Assembly: GCA_905178155.1 (NCBI GenBank)
Contig: CAJINV010000013.1
Location: 734,344 to 798,343 of the forward strand
Source: Amoebophrya sp. A120
Lineage: Eukaryota > Protista > Dinoflagellata
Direction of reading: 5' to 3'
Length of the DNA: 64,000 nucleotides
A program made the translations under genes and the position numbers. Below the pieces are notes generated by a model that made no database searches, was not told the DNA's origin, and saw nothing but the letters and a program-made list of their open reading frames with translations. Positions 60,601 through 64,000 of the stretch are shown one piece after another. Every line of letters begins with the position of its first letter. Position 1 is the first letter of the stretch.

Positions 60601-61799
60601 GTTGGAGCCTCAGTTTCCGAGTGGCGCGTGACAAATTTCGGGAACGCCCAAATCCAGTCTGTCATGCTGTTTGGGCAAAAAATGCCGCTCCTGTCATGCT
60701 ATTCCGGCAGCACATTGCATACCCCTAAACAGGCTTACAATCGGCCTCATTTGCCTGCTCCCCAATACAGGCCTTCAATGCCCTACATTTTATGCATCGC
60801 AAGTTTTTCGATTTTGTCACTTTCGATCCTGACACACTCATAAGCGCTATCCAGATGATGATGATGTACGTTCGAGTTCCTGTGAGGTTCGGTTGGGTTT
60901 GTTTGCATTGATCACCAGGAGCATGACCATCATCATTTAAAAAGATGATCATGATGAAATAAAAGGACGGGTGCGCTTCGCCGTGTTTCGTTCAAAGCAC
61001 CACAATCATTCAAGAGCAAGCCAAGCAAACCCTTCCTCAGAGGAAGAACAACGTCACTTCTCCCCTCCACAGCCCGAAGCGGCGTGAGAAGTTTTTCCAG
61101 CTCACGAACGGGCTAGGTGTCGGTGGGTCAGGTGAGGCTTGGGGTGACGAAATGGATCCGAAGCAAACGGACGAGCAGGACCTGTTCGGCTCGCCCCTGA
61201 AATTCGAGTCCTGTGTATCCAAGAAAAAAACGTTGTGAGTGTAAATTTGTGATGCGCAACATGCAAAGCGATTGCGTCTCTCATGCTTGGCATGCATCGC
61301 AGGGTCCATTCAGCGGCGTTTTCTCGTACTATCTGCGCATGACAGGTTTTTGCTGTCATGCCAGACAAATTTGTAATGCTGTTCCTCCAAAAAGTTCCAC
61401 CTACAATGTTTTTTTCTTGGATACTGTGCGGAAGGCGAGGATGAAACGAGCAGTAGTCCGTTGCAGCAACGGCATGTGCCCGTGTCGCAACTACAACAGC
61501 AGGCCGCGAACACGACATCTACTCCCTCGGCTGGTGTTGGTGGAACGGTAGTTCTTGGCGGGGGCAGCAGCAGCAGTAGCTCCGCAGCGACAAACACCTA
61601 CAATTACATGCAGCAGGAGCAGCAGCAGACCCAGACGTACAACAACTCTACTACTACTTCCGGGACCACGTCAAGAGCGAACACGACCAGAGCACCCGCG
61701 CCTGGCCCGTCGGCCGGGGTGGAGGAAGTCGTCGGCTACCTAGTGAATGAGCATGAACAGCATGGAAAAGCAAAGGGCAAGGGACAGCAGCGCTTCTGA
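57651..61799 (+). CDS. Basic Ser/Lys/Met-rich protein; five introners plus probable GT-AG introns (about 60193-60437 and 60866-61040)
   Basis: ORFs 57543, 57800, 60438 and 61461 join in frame after removing the inserts. Confidence 0.75.
57761..57928. mobile_element. TAT..ATA introner, DR aaaaa
   Basis: IR tatccacagtaaatttcccg / cgggaaatttgtgttgcata; removing 173 nt gives SPK|NGATT. Confidence 0.88.
59625..59778. mobile_element. TAT..ATA introner, DR ggacg (family 4, inverted relative to 33575)
   Basis: Its reverse complement begins tatgcattgcaaaa like 33575; removing 159 nt is in frame. Confidence 0.9.
59838..60142. mobile_element. TAT..ATA introner, DR ttggt (family-2 related)
   Basis: IR tatgacaccctcagaatggaaatcctcaaagtggaaat / atttccactttgaggatttccaacctgaggctttcata; removing 310 nt opens the frame. 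Confidence 0.92.
60537..60842. mobile_element. TAT..ATA introner, DR agcgc (family 2)
   Basis: IR tatggatgtgtcaggatcgaaatcgacaaaatcgaaaaactt / aagtttttcgattttgtcactttcgatcctgacacactcata; the interior is collinear with 42939. Confidence 0.94.
61216..61423. mobile_element. TAT..ATA introner, DR ctgtg (family 3, inverted relative to 41237)
   Basis: IR tatccaagaaaaaaacgttg / caatgtttttttcttggata; removing 213 nt is in frame with ORF 61461. Confidence 0.95.
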
Positions 61800-63616
61800 G
61801 AGAACTCCTGCGGAAGAGCTGTGTTCTTGACCTTCTTGAGTATGCATGTTGCCAGGATCATAGGAGCTGTTGAAGACGTCAGTAAGAACTAGTACTTCCC
61901 ACTGACGACTGCTCCTGCGCTAGACCCTGCCGGGTTCTACTCGTATTCTGCTGCCACAGGAGCTTCTGTCTTTCTTCTACTTCCACCATATACTTAATTA
62001 CTTTTACTTACGCTAATCCTAATACTGTTAGAATTTGAATTTCAATCTCAATGCCGAGTCACACTCACTTTTTCACCAAATGTCATGCTTGCAATCGGTG
62101 CTAGCTAGGCGGAAATGTTGGACCTCGTTGTATGCTGATCTGTCATTCTCATTGTGCTGGCACTTGGACGCGGCGAAGGAGCTCTCCATGACTAGCAAAA
62201 CAACTAACAGGCTTAATTCGTTCAACTTCAATCTAGTCTGTGTCTCCATGAAGATTTTTTCTGCTCTCCTACGACAACATCAAGCAAATGCTAATTCTGA
62301 AACTTATCGAGATGCTCACACATCATTTTTAGCAAACATGTTTTTCTCTTTTCATAGCTTAGAATACAACGAGTTTTACTATATACCTATTCTTTTCTGT
62401 ACAATGCTTTTTTCTCTCGTTTTCCACGTAAAAAGTTCCAAGGTCGAATTCGAACATTTTACTACTACAACTACTCGTCGATGTTTTAGATGCATCGATG
62501 ATTGTAGTAAAACGTTGCTAGTACTTGTTGTTAGCAGCGCAAAATGGAACCTACGTCTTCAGTTTTCCATTTCTTTTCTGAACCAAAATTATCAGTTGTG
62601 CTGGTGCTGTAAAATTACCTAGGTCTACCTTTTCATGAAACATGTTGGACGCCAGCATCTTCGTGCAACAACCTAGCTTCGTACTGAAACACACTGCTGA
62701 TTGTATTTTGAGTTTGTAAACAAGCTATTCAAAAAATTTTATACACGTCAAATTCTACGAGCAGCTGACCAAAGCCCTTCGCCACAACAGAGACAGATTA
62801 TCAACATTTGTGTTACAACAACTGGAGTTGTCTACTTTGTCTTTCATTCGGTCCTTCTGCATCAAACGTGATTTGCAACTCAGTGACCGTGTCGTGAAGA
62901 TTCCTGTGGTGTGACTATTTTTTCGGTCATGATTGAACGCAAAAACTAAGAATCTCGGTTTATAATTTTGTCAGATGAACAAATCTCTTTTACTCCGTAG
63001 ATTTTGTCAGAACAAATTTTTTGATCCCTCGTCCATCGGTAGTGAAAGCACTCCGAATTCGTGTCATCGGTATCGTTCTCACGTGGTCGTCGTGCAAGAT
63101 GACAAACAGTAGCACTTCTAATAGCCGTATGCCAATCGCAACCGTCAATCCTCGTGCATTAACGTAGCAGATCGTACAAGCGTGGCGCCATCGTGAACGC
63201 GACCTCCCATCATGGCGCTCTTGAGTCAAAGCATAAACTATACTGCCACGCGCAATCTATCAGCTGCAATTTCCCCGTCCTTGTACCGTTTCAATTTTTG
63301 GGCGGTCAAGTACGAGCTCGCGACAGTTCCATCATCTACAAATCAACTTTGAAAGAACAGCAACCTCGCTCGACACCTCTCCGAATATCTTCACTTTTGG
63401 ACGAAGGCGCGACTAGGACTACCGACACACCGAAATACAACCCAACTTGAGCTTCTGTTCAACAGAAAAGTAGCTGCTTAACTAACAACAGAACTGCTTT
63501 TCTAGCGTGCAGCCTCTAGCACTTCTACTTGGGCGCCTCGTTACAACTGATTACTTTACTACGTCTACTCGTGCAGCCTTCTCGTACAACAAGAACCACC
63601 CTACTCCACGCTGGCC

Positions 63617-63737
63617 ATGATGCTGCGGAGCAAGACTATCGTCACTGCGCTGATGGCAGCCGCAGCGAATTTTTCCACCTCCGCCAGTGGCGTGATCTTG
63701 CCGACGGTTTCTGATACGACGGAGGATTCGCAACACG
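63617..63737 (+). CDS. Possible first exon of a secreted protein that runs off the window
   Basis: MMLRSKTIVTALMAAAANFSTSASGVILP… resembles a signal peptide and is followed by a GT donor-like site. Confidence 0.35.
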
Positions 63738-64000
63738 GTACCGCTTGTAAAAAAATAATCAGTCCAGAAGATCGAATATTAGAGAGTGAGCGCCTTGCGT
63801 TCTTCTTTTTGTTGTGCTACTTTTCTTGCATGACGCTGAAGCTGAATGCACACTTATATGTACCTAGCGACGAATCCGCGCGGCAGGGCGCGACTTTTGT
63901 TGTATTTGTTGAGGATATTATTATCATCAAGCTCAGCGCTGTTTCTCTGGCGTCGTCCTTGATATATTCACCAGTCTTCGTTGATATTCATATTTTTCTA

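Noticed and set aside
62035-62622. 195-aa ORF
   Set aside because: Non-ATG start, AT-rich intergenic-like composition and no motif.

Overview
Eukaryotic, gene-dense DNA. Every gene model I could build is on the + strand and encodes a long, low-complexity protein. The genes are interrupted by ordinary GT-AG introns and by at least 25 non-canonical inserts of 154-792 nt. These inserts have terminal inverted repeats (TIRs), almost always starting TAT and ending ATA, and are flanked by a 5-nt direct repeat (DR). In every case checked, removing the insert plus 5 nt restores the reading frame, including inside an aldo-keto reductase, a PDZ-like domain and a transmembrane helix. Copies of the same family occur in both orientations, several junctions cannot yield GT-AG in any register, and the families share an internal TGTCATGC-like motif. 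This matches the IR/DR introners described from the syndinian dinoflagellate Amoebophrya; the organism identity is my inference. The window also holds a degenerate Penelope-like retroelement with GIY-YIG N-terminal to RT, followed by three conserved bulged-A hairpins and a second frameshifted ORF. Near the left end is a CA/CACG microsatellite abutting degenerate CCCTAAA telomere-like repeats. All coordinates and translations were worked out by hand, with no database searches.
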